From: an uncultured Gemmatimonadales bacterium
GTDB lineage: Bacteria; Gemmatimonadota; Gemmatimonadetes; Gemmatimonadales; Gemmatimonadaceae
Reading direction: 5' to 3'
Assembly: GCA_963850905.1 (NCBI GenBank)
Contig: CAWKMU010000003.1
Coordinates: 832,001 to 896,000 of the forward strand
Length of the DNA: 64,000 nucleotides
Position numbers and translations under genes: made by a program. The notes under the pieces are model-generated. The model was given only the letters and a program-made list of their open reading frames with translations, was not told the origin of the DNA and did not search any database. This document shows, piece by piece, positions 1-9,760 of this stretch; positions within the stretch are counted from its first letter, which is position 1, and every line of letters begins with the position of its first letter.

Positions 1-531
1 ATCCGCTCGGAGGACGTTCCGTCGCGAGGCGGTCGGCGTCGGGACGGTTTTCTTGGCCAAGACGTCGTACTTGGGCACCATCGCCGACAGGTCGAGCGAC
101 ACCAGATTCCCGGTGAGGTCAGTCACCGTCTTGACGGACTCGTAGTCCCCATCCGGCGTCGCGATGGCCGTTATCACGTTCAATCCGACACGCAATGGCA
201 CGGTGTCGCCGACTGATGCGCGGCCGGGCGTCCACGGCTGCAGATTGGGCACGCTGTCAGGCTCAGTTTCATCGGCGAGGCACGCGTGCTGTATCGCAGA
301 GACGCCGTCTGCTTCTGTCGCGCTTGGCAGGTCCTTGAATCCACTGTTGGACGATCCTCCCCCCGGTGCTGCCGCCGGCAGTGCGGCGAGCTGGGCGTCA
401 GCACTCTGCTGTGGCGTCTTTCCCTGCTTGTGGCCACCGCACGCCAACATCGCCGAAAGGAGGATGTACGCGCAGGCGCCGCGGATGCGGAGATTCGTTC
501 GGTCGGCGGTCGACTTCATCTGGCAGCACAT
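1..531 (-). CDS. Predicted lipoprotein, 5' part only (runs off the window); possibly the N-terminal region of an OmpA-family protein
   Basis: Not in the ORF track. The minus frame is open from ATG 531 (GAGAGGGAAG upstream) to base 1: MCCQMKSTADRTNLRIRGACAYILLSAMLAC-GGHK...VPLRVGLNVITAIATPDGDYESVKTV. Lipobox-like MLAC. Confidence 0.6.
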   Translation of the reverse strand, partial: MCCQMKSTADRTNLRIRGACAYILLSAMLACGGHKQGKTPQQSADAQLAALPAAAPGGGSSNSGFKDLPSATEADGVSAIQHACLADETEPDSVPNLQPWTPGRASVGDTVPLRVGLNVITAIATPDGDYESVKTVTDLTGNLVSLDLSAMVPKYDVLAKKTVPTPTASRRNVLRAD

Positions 532-995
532 GGCTTCCCTCTCGGACCCAGGAGGAGCGCTCGCACGCTGGACAGCCTTGTCGGGCCTCGACCTCGCGCG
601 ATCTGCGCGCAAATGCGCTAGCGCCCGCTCCACCTAGCGCGTTTTCAGCGGCAAAAGCCAATACTTTGAGGCGAACGAGCCAATAGGATGTGTATATGGC
701 CCCGGTACGCGGGGGCTGGACGCACCCGCCAGCTCGGAACGATCACCGTCTCACCTGGCACTCGGGACTCGACGGAATGGCGGCCGAGCCATGCCATGCG
801 TACGTGGCACGGTGCTGCGATAGCGACGAAGGTATGTGGTGACAATCCCAACGGCCCTCCTGCGCAGCGATGGGCACGGGATTTCCTAAGGCGATGCGGT
901 GCCCCACAGCGCGTCACGCCGGTTAGCATGCAGATGCAGGATGCAGATCCGTTCAGCCCGTCCGTCCCTTGTTCTCATTCGGTCGAGGATGGTCC

Positions 996-1220
996 ATGGA
1001 GCACTTTGCTGCAGGGCCCGTGTGCGACTGGTCGGGTGCCCGGCGCGAGCCCACCCCCGAGACCCGGTGTGGGGCGCCCGCCCGGGCGCTGGTGATGGTG
1101 GTCGACACCGGGAAGGACGCGATCGTCGACCAGCGCAACCTGTGCAACGATCACACGCGCGAAATGCGACAGGCCAACGATCGCCCCGGCCGTCGTGTCG
1201 ACATCTTCCCGCTCTCGTGA
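996..1220 (+). CDS. Small (74 aa) hypothetical protein, possible zinc-binding fold
   Basis: GAGGA upstream of ATG 996; C-x14-CGAPA...LCNDH pattern. Confidence 0.5.
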   Translation: MEHFAAGPVCDWSGARREPTPETRCGAPARALVMVVDTGKDAIVDQRNLCNDHTREMRQANDRPGRRVDIFPLS

Positions 1221-1280
1221 ATGCGGCGTGACGATTCGTCAGCGTCGTTCCTGGATCCCGAGTTCCGGATCCTCGATGCG

Positions 1281-1724
1281 TTAGCGCCCGTTACGTCGCC
1301 TCTGGCGCGCCCCTGATGGCGCCGGGGTCGATCGCATCCCGATCATCACTTCAGTCGATTTGACCACGGCCACCGCCTCGACGCCCGGCGCGAGGCCGAG
1401 CCGGTCGGCCGACTGCCGCGTAATCACCGCGATGAGCTCCTGCGGAGCGATCGCCATCGCCACTTCGGCCATGAGGCCGTCGCTGACGACGGAGCGCACC
1501 CGACCCACGAGTTGATTCCGTGCGCTGAGATCGACCGCGGTGCGCGCGATCGCATCACTGCGCGGCTGACGCCCTCGCATCAAATGGCTGCGCTGAAAGA
1601 GCCATCGCCGGCCATGGCGGATCGCCGGGATCTGACCCTGCCGCGCGAGTAGCTGCACGCGTTTGACGTGCAAGTGCAGCAGCGCCGCGGCCTCCGCCGC
1701 CGTGAGCAAGTCCCTTCGAGGCAT
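1281..1724 (-). CDS. Excisionase-type HTH plus TOBE/Mop molybdate-binding regulator
   Basis: N-terminal LLTAAEAAALL...IPAIRHGRRWLF; C-terminal LSARNQLVG...AVITRQSADRLGL...VVKSTEV. Confidence 0.9.
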   Translation of the reverse strand: MPRRDLLTAAEAAALLHLHVKRVQLLARQGQIPAIRHGRRWLFQRSHLMRGRQPRSDAIARTAVDLSARNQLVGRVRSVVSDGLMAEVAMAIAPQELIAVITRQSADRLGLAPGVEAVAVVKSTEVMIGMRSTPAPSGARQRRRNGR

Positions 1725-1751
1725 TCTCGTCCCGAGTCCCTGATCCCGCCG

Positions 1752-2729
1752 CTACGTCGGCAGTGATCGCCGATCTCTCCAGCACAGATACGCCACCACG
1801 CTGGCCACAATCGCAAATCCGGCGCCGAACTCCCCGATCGCGTAGTTCGTGAAAGGCGTGTGTCGCGTGAGCGGATCGAAGATCGCCTGGATGAAGAGGT
1901 TGTGACTCGCGTGCAGGAGCATGCACGGCCACACGCTCCCGGACTTGAGGCGCATCCAGGCGAAGAGCACGCCAATGCCCACGACGCCAACCGCGAAGCA
2001 GATCACCGAAAACCACACCGGATTGGCACCGTGATAGTCCGCACCGATGATGAGTGGCATATGCCACGCCGCCCAGATCGCACCGCTGATCAACCCCACC
2101 TTGGCGAATGAGGTCACCTTGGCCAGCTCCGGGACAAGGAATCCCCGCCAGCCCAGCTCTTCGCCGAGCGCTGACACGCAGCTTGGGATCAAGCCGACGG
2201 TGCCGACGACCAGGATGTACGTCAGCACTCCGCCAATCGACGCGCTCTGCACGCTGAGCGGCAGATGCAGTTGCGAGGCGATCCGGCCCATTGCGGCTGG
2301 AACGACGCCAAAGTCCCCGAGCCCCAACGCCCAGAGCGGCAGGTAAACGACCGACGCGTAGGCGATCGGGATCCAGTATCCGGCCCATCCGTACTTCGCC
2401 GCCGGCAGACGCCACCCGACCCCGCGGAGCGTGCGCTGAAACAGGAGTCGCGTCAGGATTCCCGCGGTGGCCGGGCACCACATCAGGTACAGCACGAGCG
2501 GCCGTCCGCGCGGATCCGCCAACGAGTGCTGCTGGATCATGATGCGCCAGAGGATCGCGCTCAATCCGGCGGTGAGCAGCACATAGGTCACAATTCCGAG
2601 GATCGTGCGTCGGCGCGCCTCGGCCGGCGTCATCGCGCCACGGCTCACGGTGGCCCGTGCCCCGGCTGTCGCGCCCGGCGCGACCGTCGTCGCGGCCAGC
2701 ACCGCTCCTGGTGTGATATCAGTAGGCAT
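1752..2729 (-). CDS. CPBP (CAAX/Abi) family intramembrane metalloprotease
   Basis: EELGWRG, WAAWH and LLHASHN motifs; multiple TM segments; start re-called at ATG 2729. Confidence 0.9.
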   Translation of the reverse strand: MPTDITPGAVLAATTVAPGATAGARATVSRGAMTPAEARRRTILGIVTYVLLTAGLSAILWRIMIQQHSLADPRGRPLVLYLMWCPATAGILTRLLFQRTLRGVGWRLPAAKYGWAGYWIPIAYASVVYLPLWALGLGDFGVVPAAMGRIASQLHLPLSVQSASIGGVLTYILVVGTVGLIPSCVSALGEELGWRGFLVPELAKVTSFAKVGLISGAIWAAWHMPLIIGADYHGANPVWFSVICFAVGVVGIGVLFAWMRLKSGSVWPCMLLHASHNLFIQAIFDPLTRHTPFTNYAIGEFGAGFAIVASVVAYLCWRDRRSLPT

Positions 2730-2886
2730 GGGTTCCCGTTGAAAAAGGGGACGTGATCGACGGGAAACTACCGCCGCGCGCTGCGATCGGTAGGACCAGG
2801 GAGCCCGGGTTCTATAGCAGGCCAACGAGGAGCCTCCGCCAGGACGAGGCATATCCCGCGTCGCCTGTCTACTTTCCACTTTCTGT

Positions 2887-4098
2887 GTGTCGACTCTCTC
2901 GGGCGCGCAAGCGCCCGCCGCCTCTAGCCCCCCGCTCTTGCACATCGACACCGAATTCGTGACTCGGACGCTGCGAGAGCTCGTCCAGATCAACTCCATC
3001 AACCCGACACTCGTGAGCGGTGCACCCGGCGAGTCGGCGATCGCCGAGTACGTCGCGCACGTGCTGCGCGGCCTCGGCCTCGAGGTCGGCGTCGTGGCCT
3101 CCACCCCCGGCCGGCCGAGCGTCGTCGGACGCTTGCGTGGGCGCGGCGGCGGACGGTCGTTGATGCTCAACGCTCACCAGGACACCGTCGGCGTTGACGG
3201 CATGCCCGAGCCGTTCTCCGGCGCCGTGCGCGACGGTCGGATGTACGGGCGCGGTACCTTCGATATGAAGGGCGGACTCGCAGCGAGCATCGGCGCCGTC
3301 AAGGCGTTGATCGATGCGGATGCGGTGCCGGCCGGCGACGTCATCGTGGCAGCCGTCGCCGACGAGGAACACTCGAGCATCGGCATGCAGGACGTGCTCG
3401 CGCACTACCGGGTCAATGGCGCGATCGTCACCGAGGCGACGGCGCTCGACCTGTGCGTGGCGCACAAAGGCTTCATCTGGGTCGAGATCGAGACGCTGGG
3501 CCGCGCCGCGCATGGAAGCCGGCCCGAGCTGGGCGTGGACGCCAACCTTCGGATGGGTCGCGTTCTATCGCGACTCGAACAACTCGAGCAGTCGCTGCGG
3601 CGACGGCCACCGCACGCACTACTCGGGAGTCCGTCGGTGCACGCGGCGACGCTGCAGGGCGGGACGGGTCTCAGCACGTACGCCGCATCGTGTAAGCTGG
3701 GCATCGAGCGCCGCACGATTCCCGGCGAGACGGCGGCGCAGGTCGACTCGGAGATGCGCGAGCTGATCGAGCCCCTCCAGGCCGCAGACCCGACGTTCCA
3801 TGCGACGGCGAAAACCCTTCTGGTTCGGGATTGGTTCGAGACGCCCTCCGGATCCGCGCTTGCGACGGCCGTCGACCGGGGCGTTCAGAGCTGCCTCGGA
3901 CGCTCACCGCGGCGAGTCGGCCAGTCGTGGTGGATGGATTCCGCGCTTCTCGGTGCCGCCGGCGCCGATACGGTGGTGATCGGTCCAGAAGGTGCCGGTG
4001 CCCACGCGGACGAGGAGTGGGTGGACCTGGACACCGTACACAACCTCACACGGATACTGGCCGAAACGGCGACGCTGTACTGCGGGAGCACCACATGA
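2887..4098 (+). CDS. ArgE/DapE family (M20) deacylase
   Basis: LNAHQDTV, GRGTFDMKGG, VADEE and C-terminal GAHADEE metal-ligand motifs. Confidence 0.92.
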   Translation: MSTLSGAQAPAASSPPLLHIDTEFVTRTLRELVQINSINPTLVSGAPGESAIAEYVAHVLRGLGLEVGVVASTPGRPSVVGRLRGRGGGRSLMLNAHQDTVGVDGMPEPFSGAVRDGRMYGRGTFDMKGGLAASIGAVKALIDADAVPAGDVIVAAVADEEHSSIGMQDVLAHYRVNGAIVTEATALDLCVAHKGFIWVEIETLGRAAHGSRPELGVDANLRMGRVLSRLEQLEQSLRRRPPHALLGSPSVHAATLQGGTGLSTYAASCKLGIERRTIPGETAAQVDSEMRELIEPLQAADPTFHATAKTLLVRDWFETPSGSALATAVDRGVQSCLGRSPRRVGQSWWMDSALLGAAGADTVVIGPEGAGAHADEEWVDLDTVHNLTRILAETATLYCGSTT

Positions 4099-5285
4099 CA
4101 TCACCGTCACGACCCCCCTCCCTCGACACCATCGCGGTGTGGGGCGGCGAGGAAGAGTCGCTCTGCCAAGGGGCCACCCAGGTCCCGGTCGTCCATAGTG
4201 TCGCGTTCGGATACCACGATCTCGATACGTGGAAGCAGGTCGCGTTGGGGGAAGCGCCCGGTCACATCTACAGCCGCAACACCAACCCGACGGTCCAGGC
4301 GTTCGAGCACAAGGTACGCTTGCTCGAAGGCGCAGAGGCGGCCACGAGCTTCGCGACCGGGATGGCCGCCATCAGCAATACGCTGTTCACCCTGCTCGCG
4401 CCGGGCGACCGCGTGGTGTCGATCAAGGACACCTACGGCGGCACGGCCAAGCTCTTCACCGAGTTTCTGCCGCGGTATCAGATCTGTACGACACTCTGCG
4501 AGACGGAAGATTACGACGCTATCGAACGTGCCGTGTCGACCGGCTGTCGTGTGCTCTACCTCGAGTCGCCAACCAATCCGACACTCAAGGTGATCGACAT
4601 CCAGCGTCTCGCGGCCGCGGCACATCGGGTCGGTGCGTTCGTCGTGGTCGACAACACCTTCGCCACACCAATCAATCAGAGCCCCCTGACGCTCGGCGCC
4701 GACATCGTGGTCCACAGCGCGACCAAGTTCCTCGGCGGCCACGCCGATGCGCTCGGCGGCGTCATCTGCGGCGGATCCGATCTCGTGCACCGCATCTATC
4801 ACTATCGCGAGATCACGGGCGCGACGCTGCACCCCTCGGCGGCATACTTGCTGTTGCGTGGACTGAAGACACTGCACCTGCGGATCCGTCAGCAAAACGC
4901 GAGCGCGCTCCGCATCGCCGAGCATCTGGCTCGACATCCGGCGGTGGGAGCGGTCTTCTATCCGGGTCTTGCCGCGCACCGACACCACGATGTGGCGGCG
5001 CGACAGATGCGCGGATACGGCGGTGTGCTGAGCTTCATGTTGACGGGTGGGTACGCGGCCGTCCGCACCTTCCTCCCAAAGCTCGAGCGGGCACACCTCG
5101 CGGCGAATCTCGGATCCGTGGAAACCGTCGCGGGTCCTCCAGCGACCACGAGCCACGTCGAGACCACGGCCGCCGAACGCGCGGCGCTCGGCATTCCAGA
5201 AGGTCTCGTCCGGTACTCGGTCGGCATCGAGGACCCCGAGGATCTCATTGCCGACCTGGATCAGGCCTTGGAGAGTGTACGCTGA
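4095..5285 (+). CDS. Cystathionine gamma-synthase / Met gamma-lyase family PLP enzyme
   Basis: YSRNTNPT, ESPTNP, DNTFATP, HSATKFLGGH (PLP lysine), RYSVGIED; ATGA overlap with the upstream gene. Confidence 0.93.
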   Translation: MTSPSRPPSLDTIAVWGGEEESLCQGATQVPVVHSVAFGYHDLDTWKQVALGEAPGHIYSRNTNPTVQAFEHKVRLLEGAEAATSFATGMAAISNTLFTLLAPGDRVVSIKDTYGGTAKLFTEFLPRYQICTTLCETEDYDAIERAVSTGCRVLYLESPTNPTLKVIDIQRLAAAAHRVGAFVVVDNTFATPINQSPLTLGADIVVHSATKFLGGHADALGGVICGGSDLVHRIYHYREITGATLHPSAAYLLLRGLKTLHLRIRQQNASALRIAEHLARHPAVGAVFYPGLAAHRHHDVAARQMRGYGGVLSFMLTGGYAAVRTFLPKLERAHLAANLGSVETVAGPPATTSHVETTAAERAALGIPEGLVRYSVGIEDPEDLIADLDQALESVR

Positions 5286-6445
5286 TGAGACGCGTGACCC
5301 GGTACCACACGTGGCGCGGAGTCCGCCCCGTTGCTGCCGCACTCGCACTCGGCGTCATGACACCGGGCGCACACACGACCACCGCACCGGTGCCGCCGGT
5401 CCGGCACGTGTTCGTGATCGTGCTGGAAAACCAGTCCTTCGAGGGCACGTTCGGAGCCCACGCGCCTGCGCCGTATCTGGGGCGGACGCTCCCCGCCCAG
5501 GGCGCGTTGCTGAAGAATTATTTCGGCATCGGGCACATGAGCCTCGACAACTATGTCGCATTGGTGAGCGGCCAGGCGCCGAACGAAGCCACGCAGCTCG
5601 ACTGCCCGATGTACGTCCCGTTTCAGCTGACGCAGCCCACACTCGACGCGGACGGGCAAGCGCTCGGCACAGGATGCCTGTACCCGCGCATGGTCCACAT
5701 GATCGGCGATCAGCTGGACGCTGCCGGATTCAGCTGGCGCGGATACATGGAGGATTTGGGACGAGATCCTGGGCGCGACGGCGGTGCGTGCGGACACCCG
5801 GCGATCGGCGCGGCTGATCCGACACAGACGGCGAAGCGTACACCGAATGATCAATACGCCATGTGGCACAACCCGTTCGTGTTCTTCCGAACGGTGGTCG
5901 ACGACCCGTCTCGCTGTACGTCGCACGTCGTTGGGCTCGAGCATTTGGCCACCGATCTGGCGACGACCGCCACGACGCCGAACTACGCTTTCATCACGCC
6001 AAATCTCTGCAATGACGCGCACGACGAGCCGTGCATGGATAACTCGCCAGGTGGTCTCATGCAGGCGGACCGGTTCCTTCGACACTGGGTGCCGATCATC
6101 ACGGGGTCGGCGGCGTTCAAGGCCAATGGCGTATTGATCATCACGTTCGACGAAGCCGCAAGCGCGACCGAGCCTGACACGTCGGCCGCCTGCTGCGGCG
6201 AGCGGGGACTACCCGGCGCCCCGAAGCCGCCAGGCGGCGACGGACCCGGCGGCGGTCGCGTCGGAGCCGTGATGCTGTCGCCGTTCATCCGGGGCGGCAC
6301 CGTGAGTACGACGCCGTACAACCACTATGCCTTGCTTCGCTGGGTAGAAGACGTCTTCGGGCTGCCGCACCTGGGCTACGCGGGCGCTCCGGGGCTCCGG
6401 GCTTTCGCGACGGACGTGTTCGGCAGCATCGCCCGCACGGACTGA
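5285..6445 (+). CDS. Secreted phosphoesterase family protein (acid phosphatase/PLC-like)
   Basis: Signal peptide; HVFVIVLEN, HNPF, ITPNLCNDAHD, ITFDE, GGGRV; TGATG overlap with the upstream gene. Confidence 0.88.
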   Translation: MRRVTRYHTWRGVRPVAAALALGVMTPGAHTTTAPVPPVRHVFVIVLENQSFEGTFGAHAPAPYLGRTLPAQGALLKNYFGIGHMSLDNYVALVSGQAPNEATQLDCPMYVPFQLTQPTLDADGQALGTGCLYPRMVHMIGDQLDAAGFSWRGYMEDLGRDPGRDGGACGHPAIGAADPTQTAKRTPNDQYAMWHNPFVFFRTVVDDPSRCTSHVVGLEHLATDLATTATTPNYAFITPNLCNDAHDEPCMDNSPGGLMQADRFLRHWVPIITGSAAFKANGVLIITFDEAASATEPDTSAACCGERGLPGAPKPPGGDGPGGGRVGAVMLSPFIRGGTVSTTPYNHYALLRWVEDVFGLPHLGYAGAPGLRAFATDVFGSIARTD

Positions 6446-7890
6446 GAGACCTCCTCCAGCAGCGTATCGACGTCGGTCTCGGTCGCGCGAGGATTGACGA
6501 AACAGGCGCGCAGCCAGAAGTGGCCGCCAAGCATCGTGCTCGAGAGAAAAGCGCGGCCCCCGAGCTGCACTCGGCGGACCGCCGCGCGATTGACTGCGTC
6601 GATCTGATCGTCCGCGCCGCGCAACTCCCTGGGCACCGCCCGAAAGCACACGACGCTGAGCCCTTGAGGCTCCCAGAGCTCGAGGTCGTCGCGCTGCCGC
6701 ACGCGCTCGGCCAGATAGCGCGCGAGGCTGAGATCGTGCTCGATGAGGGCCCGGTATCCGTCGGTCCCGAAATAGCGCAGCGCCGCCCACACCTTGAGCG
6801 CGCGAAATGGGCGCGTTTGCTCGGTGCTGTACTCGCTCAGCCACGGTGGTCCCTGCACACCATGTCGGTCGTCATCGGTGCGCAGATACGGCGGCACCAG
6901 GCTGAAGGCGTCGCGCATGGCTTGCGCGTCCCTGACGAGCACGAGGCCGGCGTCCACCGGCACGTACAACCACTTGTGCGGATCGACTGCGACGCTGTCG
7001 GCGCGTGCGATCGGAGCGAGTGACGCGCGATACGCGCTCGTGAGCATCGCGGGCCCGCCGTATGCCGCATCGACGTGCAACCACACGTGGTGGCGTGCAC
7101 AAACATCGGCGATGACATCGAGGGGGTCGATCGCTCCGGTGTTCACTGTGCCGGCGCTCGCGATCACCGCCATGGGAACGTGCCCCGCCCCTGCGTCGGC
7201 GGTCAGCATCGCATCGAGCGCCGCGGGCATCATGCGGAGTGCGGCATCGGTCGGCACGATCCGGAGGTTGGCATGGCCGTGTCCCAGAAGCTCGACCGCC
7301 TTCTGGTGACAGCCATGACCCTCGGCGCTGCGGTAGACGACGGGTCGCAGCGGCCGGCCCTCGCGCCCCGCGGCCGCGACGCCCTCCGCGCGCACATCGC
7401 GGCCGTGACGGGCAAAGGCACTGTGCCGAGCCACAGCAAGTGCCGTGAGCGCCGCAGTCGACGCACCGCTCACCAGTACGCCGGTACTCGTGGCAGGGAA
7501 GGCTAGCAGCTGCTTGAACCACTCGAGAACCTGACGTTCGACCCAGACCGCGGCGTGGTTGCCGCCAGCGACGCTCGGATTCATGGCGGCCGCAAGTGCA
7601 TCGGCGAAGATCCCGAGCGGCACAGGCGGCGAGTTGACCCAGCCGTAGAATCGCGGATGTCCGTTTCCGAACGGATACGGGTCGACCTCGTGCACAAAGC
7701 GGTCGAGGATCGCATCGGCGCTCTCGCCCGCGGTGGGCAGCGGCGTGGCCACGAGCTCGCCCGCCAGCGACTCTGGAAACGGACGAAAGACCGGACGCTG
7801 CGGAAGCTCCGTGAGGTGCGCAGCGATCAAGTCGACGACACGGTAGCCGACGCGTCGGATTTCTTCGGATGACCAGGTGAAGGAGGGCAT
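6376..7890 (-). CDS. Group II PLP-dependent (aromatic) amino-acid decarboxylase
   Basis: HPRFYGWV, AGTVNTGAIDPL, WLHVDAAYGG, DPHKWL motifs. Confidence 0.93.
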   Translation of the reverse strand: MPSFTWSSEEIRRVGYRVVDLIAAHLTELPQRPVFRPFPESLAGELVATPLPTAGESADAILDRFVHEVDPYPFGNGHPRFYGWVNSPPVPLGIFADALAAAMNPSVAGGNHAAVWVERQVLEWFKQLLAFPATSTGVLVSGASTAALTALAVARHSAFARHGRDVRAEGVAAAGREGRPLRPVVYRSAEGHGCHQKAVELLGHGHANLRIVPTDAALRMMPAALDAMLTADAGAGHVPMAVIASAGTVNTGAIDPLDVIADVCARHHVWLHVDAAYGGPAMLTSAYRASLAPIARADSVAVDPHKWLYVPVDAGLVLVRDAQAMRDAFSLVPPYLRTDDDRHGVQGPPWLSEYSTEQTRPFRALKVWAALRYFGTDGYRALIEHDLSLARYLAERVRQRDDLELWEPQGLSVVCFRAVPRELRGADDQIDAVNRAAVRRVQLGGRAFLSSTMLGGHFWLRACFVNPRATETDVDTLLEEVSQSVRAMLPNTSVAKARSPGAPA

Positions 7891-7900
7891 GGTGAGGGGC

Positions 7901-8023
7901 TAGACGTTGGACGTTAGACGCTAGGCGCTGGAACCAACCGGGGAGCCGGGTGCGGTGCACCGTGACCTGCCCACTATGTTAGTCTCCAGCGTCCAGCGTC
8001 CAGCGTCCAGCGTCTAGCGTCTA
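7901..8023. repeat. Heptamer-arm hairpin element: (TRGACGY)n ... (TCYAGCG)n
   Basis: Left arm tagacgt-tggacgt-tagacgc-taggcgc; right arm tccagcg x4-tctagcg-tcta; core contains cggtgcaccg. Confidence 0.85.
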
Positions 8024-8878
8024 ATGTCTCTCTTCACCACCGTCGCTGACCTCTACATCTATCCGATCAAGTCGGCGCGCGGCATCTCGGTGTCGGCGCT
8101 CGAGTTCGACGCGCGTGGTGCGAGCGGCGATCGTCGGTGGATGCTCATCGACCGAGACGCTCAATTCCTGTCTCAGCGCCGCATCGCTCGGATGGCCTTG
8201 ATCCAGGTCGCGCTCGACGCGGACGCCCTGGTCGTCGATGCGCCCGGTATGCCGACGCTGACGCTCCCGCGCAACGGTCAACATCCGCCATCGGGGGAGC
8301 GATTGGTCGCGGGCCTCTTCGAGGACGCCGTTGCCGTGCAGCGCGTCGACGCGGAAGTCGACCGCTGGTTCACGACGTTCCTGCGCTACCCGTGCTCGCT
8401 GGTCACCATGCCTGATGACACCCAGCGGCAGGTCGACCTCACGTACGCTCCAGCCGGCCGGACGGTCGCCTTCGCTGATGCGTTCCCCGCGCTGGTGCTC
8501 GGCACCGGATCGATCGATCAGCTCAATCGGCGCCTAGCGGCGAAAGGAGAGCCGCCCGTTGGCGTCAATCGGTTTCGACCCAACATCCTCCTGTCGGTCG
8601 CGGTGCCGCACGCCGAGGACGACTGGTGTCGCCTCGAGGGCCCGCGGATCGCGTTCGACATCGTGAAGCCCTGCGCACGGTGCTCGATTCCCGCCGTCGA
8701 TCCCGACCGCGGCGTCAGGGGGAAGGAGCCAACCAGGACGCTCAGCGAATACCGGACCCGCGACGGCAAGGTGTTATTCGGCCAGAACGCCCTGCACACC
8801 CGGCCCGGCCGTCTCGAGCGTGGCGACCGATTGACGGTCACCTCCGCTGCGCGATGCGCGGAAAAAGTCAAGCAATAA
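8024..8878 (+). CDS. MOSC domain protein (YcbX/mARC-like)
   Basis: IYPIKS, DRRWML, FADAFP, RFRPNI, KPCARC motifs. Confidence 0.93.
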   Translation: MSLFTTVADLYIYPIKSARGISVSALEFDARGASGDRRWMLIDRDAQFLSQRRIARMALIQVALDADALVVDAPGMPTLTLPRNGQHPPSGERLVAGLFEDAVAVQRVDAEVDRWFTTFLRYPCSLVTMPDDTQRQVDLTYAPAGRTVAFADAFPALVLGTGSIDQLNRRLAAKGEPPVGVNRFRPNILLSVAVPHAEDDWCRLEGPRIAFDIVKPCARCSIPAVDPDRGVRGKEPTRTLSEYRTRDGKVLFGQNALHTRPGRLERGDRLTVTSAARCAEKVKQ

Positions 8879-8882
8879 CTGC

Positions 8883-8984
8883 GGGGGTCAGGGGTCAGGG
8901 GTCAGGGAACAACACAGTTGGCAACTCGTAGTGCGCTCCGACTAGCCTATCGTTTTGTTCCCTGACCCCAGATCCCTGACCCCT
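8883..8984. repeat. Heptamer-arm inverted repeat (GGGGTCA)n ... (TGACCCC)n; possible terminator
   Basis: ggggtca x3-gggaacaa ... ttgttccctgacccc..ccctgacccc immediately after the MOSC stop codon. Confidence 0.8.
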
Positions 8985-9054
8985 GTCTCTTAAGGACTGG
9001 ACAAGCGACACACACTTAGCCAACGTCCAGTCTCCCTCCAACAGGTAGAATCTC

Positions 9055-9591
9055 GTGCGAGCGCACACCTCAGCTCTGACCCTTGCCGTCGTTGCACTCC
9101 TGCCGAGCCTGGCTGCGGCTCAGTCTGCACCGCTTGCTGATGCCCTCCGGAAGCAAGAGGCAAACGCGGCCAAGAATCTGACCGCAGCGGCCGAGGAGTT
9201 TCCCGCCGACAAGTACGGGTATAAGCCCACCCCAGCGCAAATGAGTTTTGGAAAAATCGTCGTCCATCTCGCGCAGGGTAACGACTTTTTCTGCGGCACG
9301 ATCGCCGGCGTAAAGGCGCCCGAGCGGTCCAAGGTTGACTCAGCGGCAGCCAAGGACGCACTCGTCGGCCGGCTCAAGGAAACCTTTGACTTCTGCAACC
9401 AGGCGCTGGCCAACGTCGACGACTCGAAGCTGGGCGAGCAGCTGCCGTTCTTCGGCGGCCGCACCATGACGAGAGCCGAGATGGAGATGATTACCGCAGC
9501 AGATTGGCAGGACCATTACAGTCAGTCGGCTATCTACCTTCGATTGAATGGACTCCTGCCACCGACGGCTCAGAAGAAGCCTGCGGCGTAA
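9055..9591 (+). CDS. Secreted DinB family protein
   Basis: Signal peptide; YKPTPAQMSFG..VVH and DHYSQSAIYLRLNGLLPP patterns. Confidence 0.85.
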   Translation: MRAHTSALTLAVVALLPSLAAAQSAPLADALRKQEANAAKNLTAAAEEFPADKYGYKPTPAQMSFGKIVVHLAQGNDFFCGTIAGVKAPERSKVDSAAAKDALVGRLKETFDFCNQALANVDDSKLGEQLPFFGGRTMTRAEMEMITAADWQDHYSQSAIYLRLNGLLPPTAQKKPAA

Positions 9592-9640
9592 AGTCGGCAC
9601 CACGCGCGCCCTCGCGCGCTGACTGCAAGACATTGACTGA

Positions 9641-9733
9641 TGAGGCCAGTCTCGGGATCGCGCGGGACTGGCCTCAGTGCGTCTTTGAAAAACACCGGTG
9701 CGGGACATTGCAGCGTCTAACGTCCAGCGTCTA
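9641..9733. repeat. GGCCAGT-family hairpin followed by heptamer units; likely terminator
   Basis: tgaggccagtc...gactggcctca (9641-9676), then agcgtct-aacgtcc-agcgtct. Confidence 0.65.
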
Positions 9734-9760
9734 CATTCACCTGAAGTGTCTGTCTCACAC

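Noticed and set aside
1281..1724. Prophage/ICE excisionase
   Set aside because: The HTH is fused to a TOBE molybdate-binding domain, and no integrase or phage genes are present.
1752..2729. Abortive-infection defence gene
   Set aside because: The CPBP ('Abi') family is a membrane protease family, and there is no defence context here.
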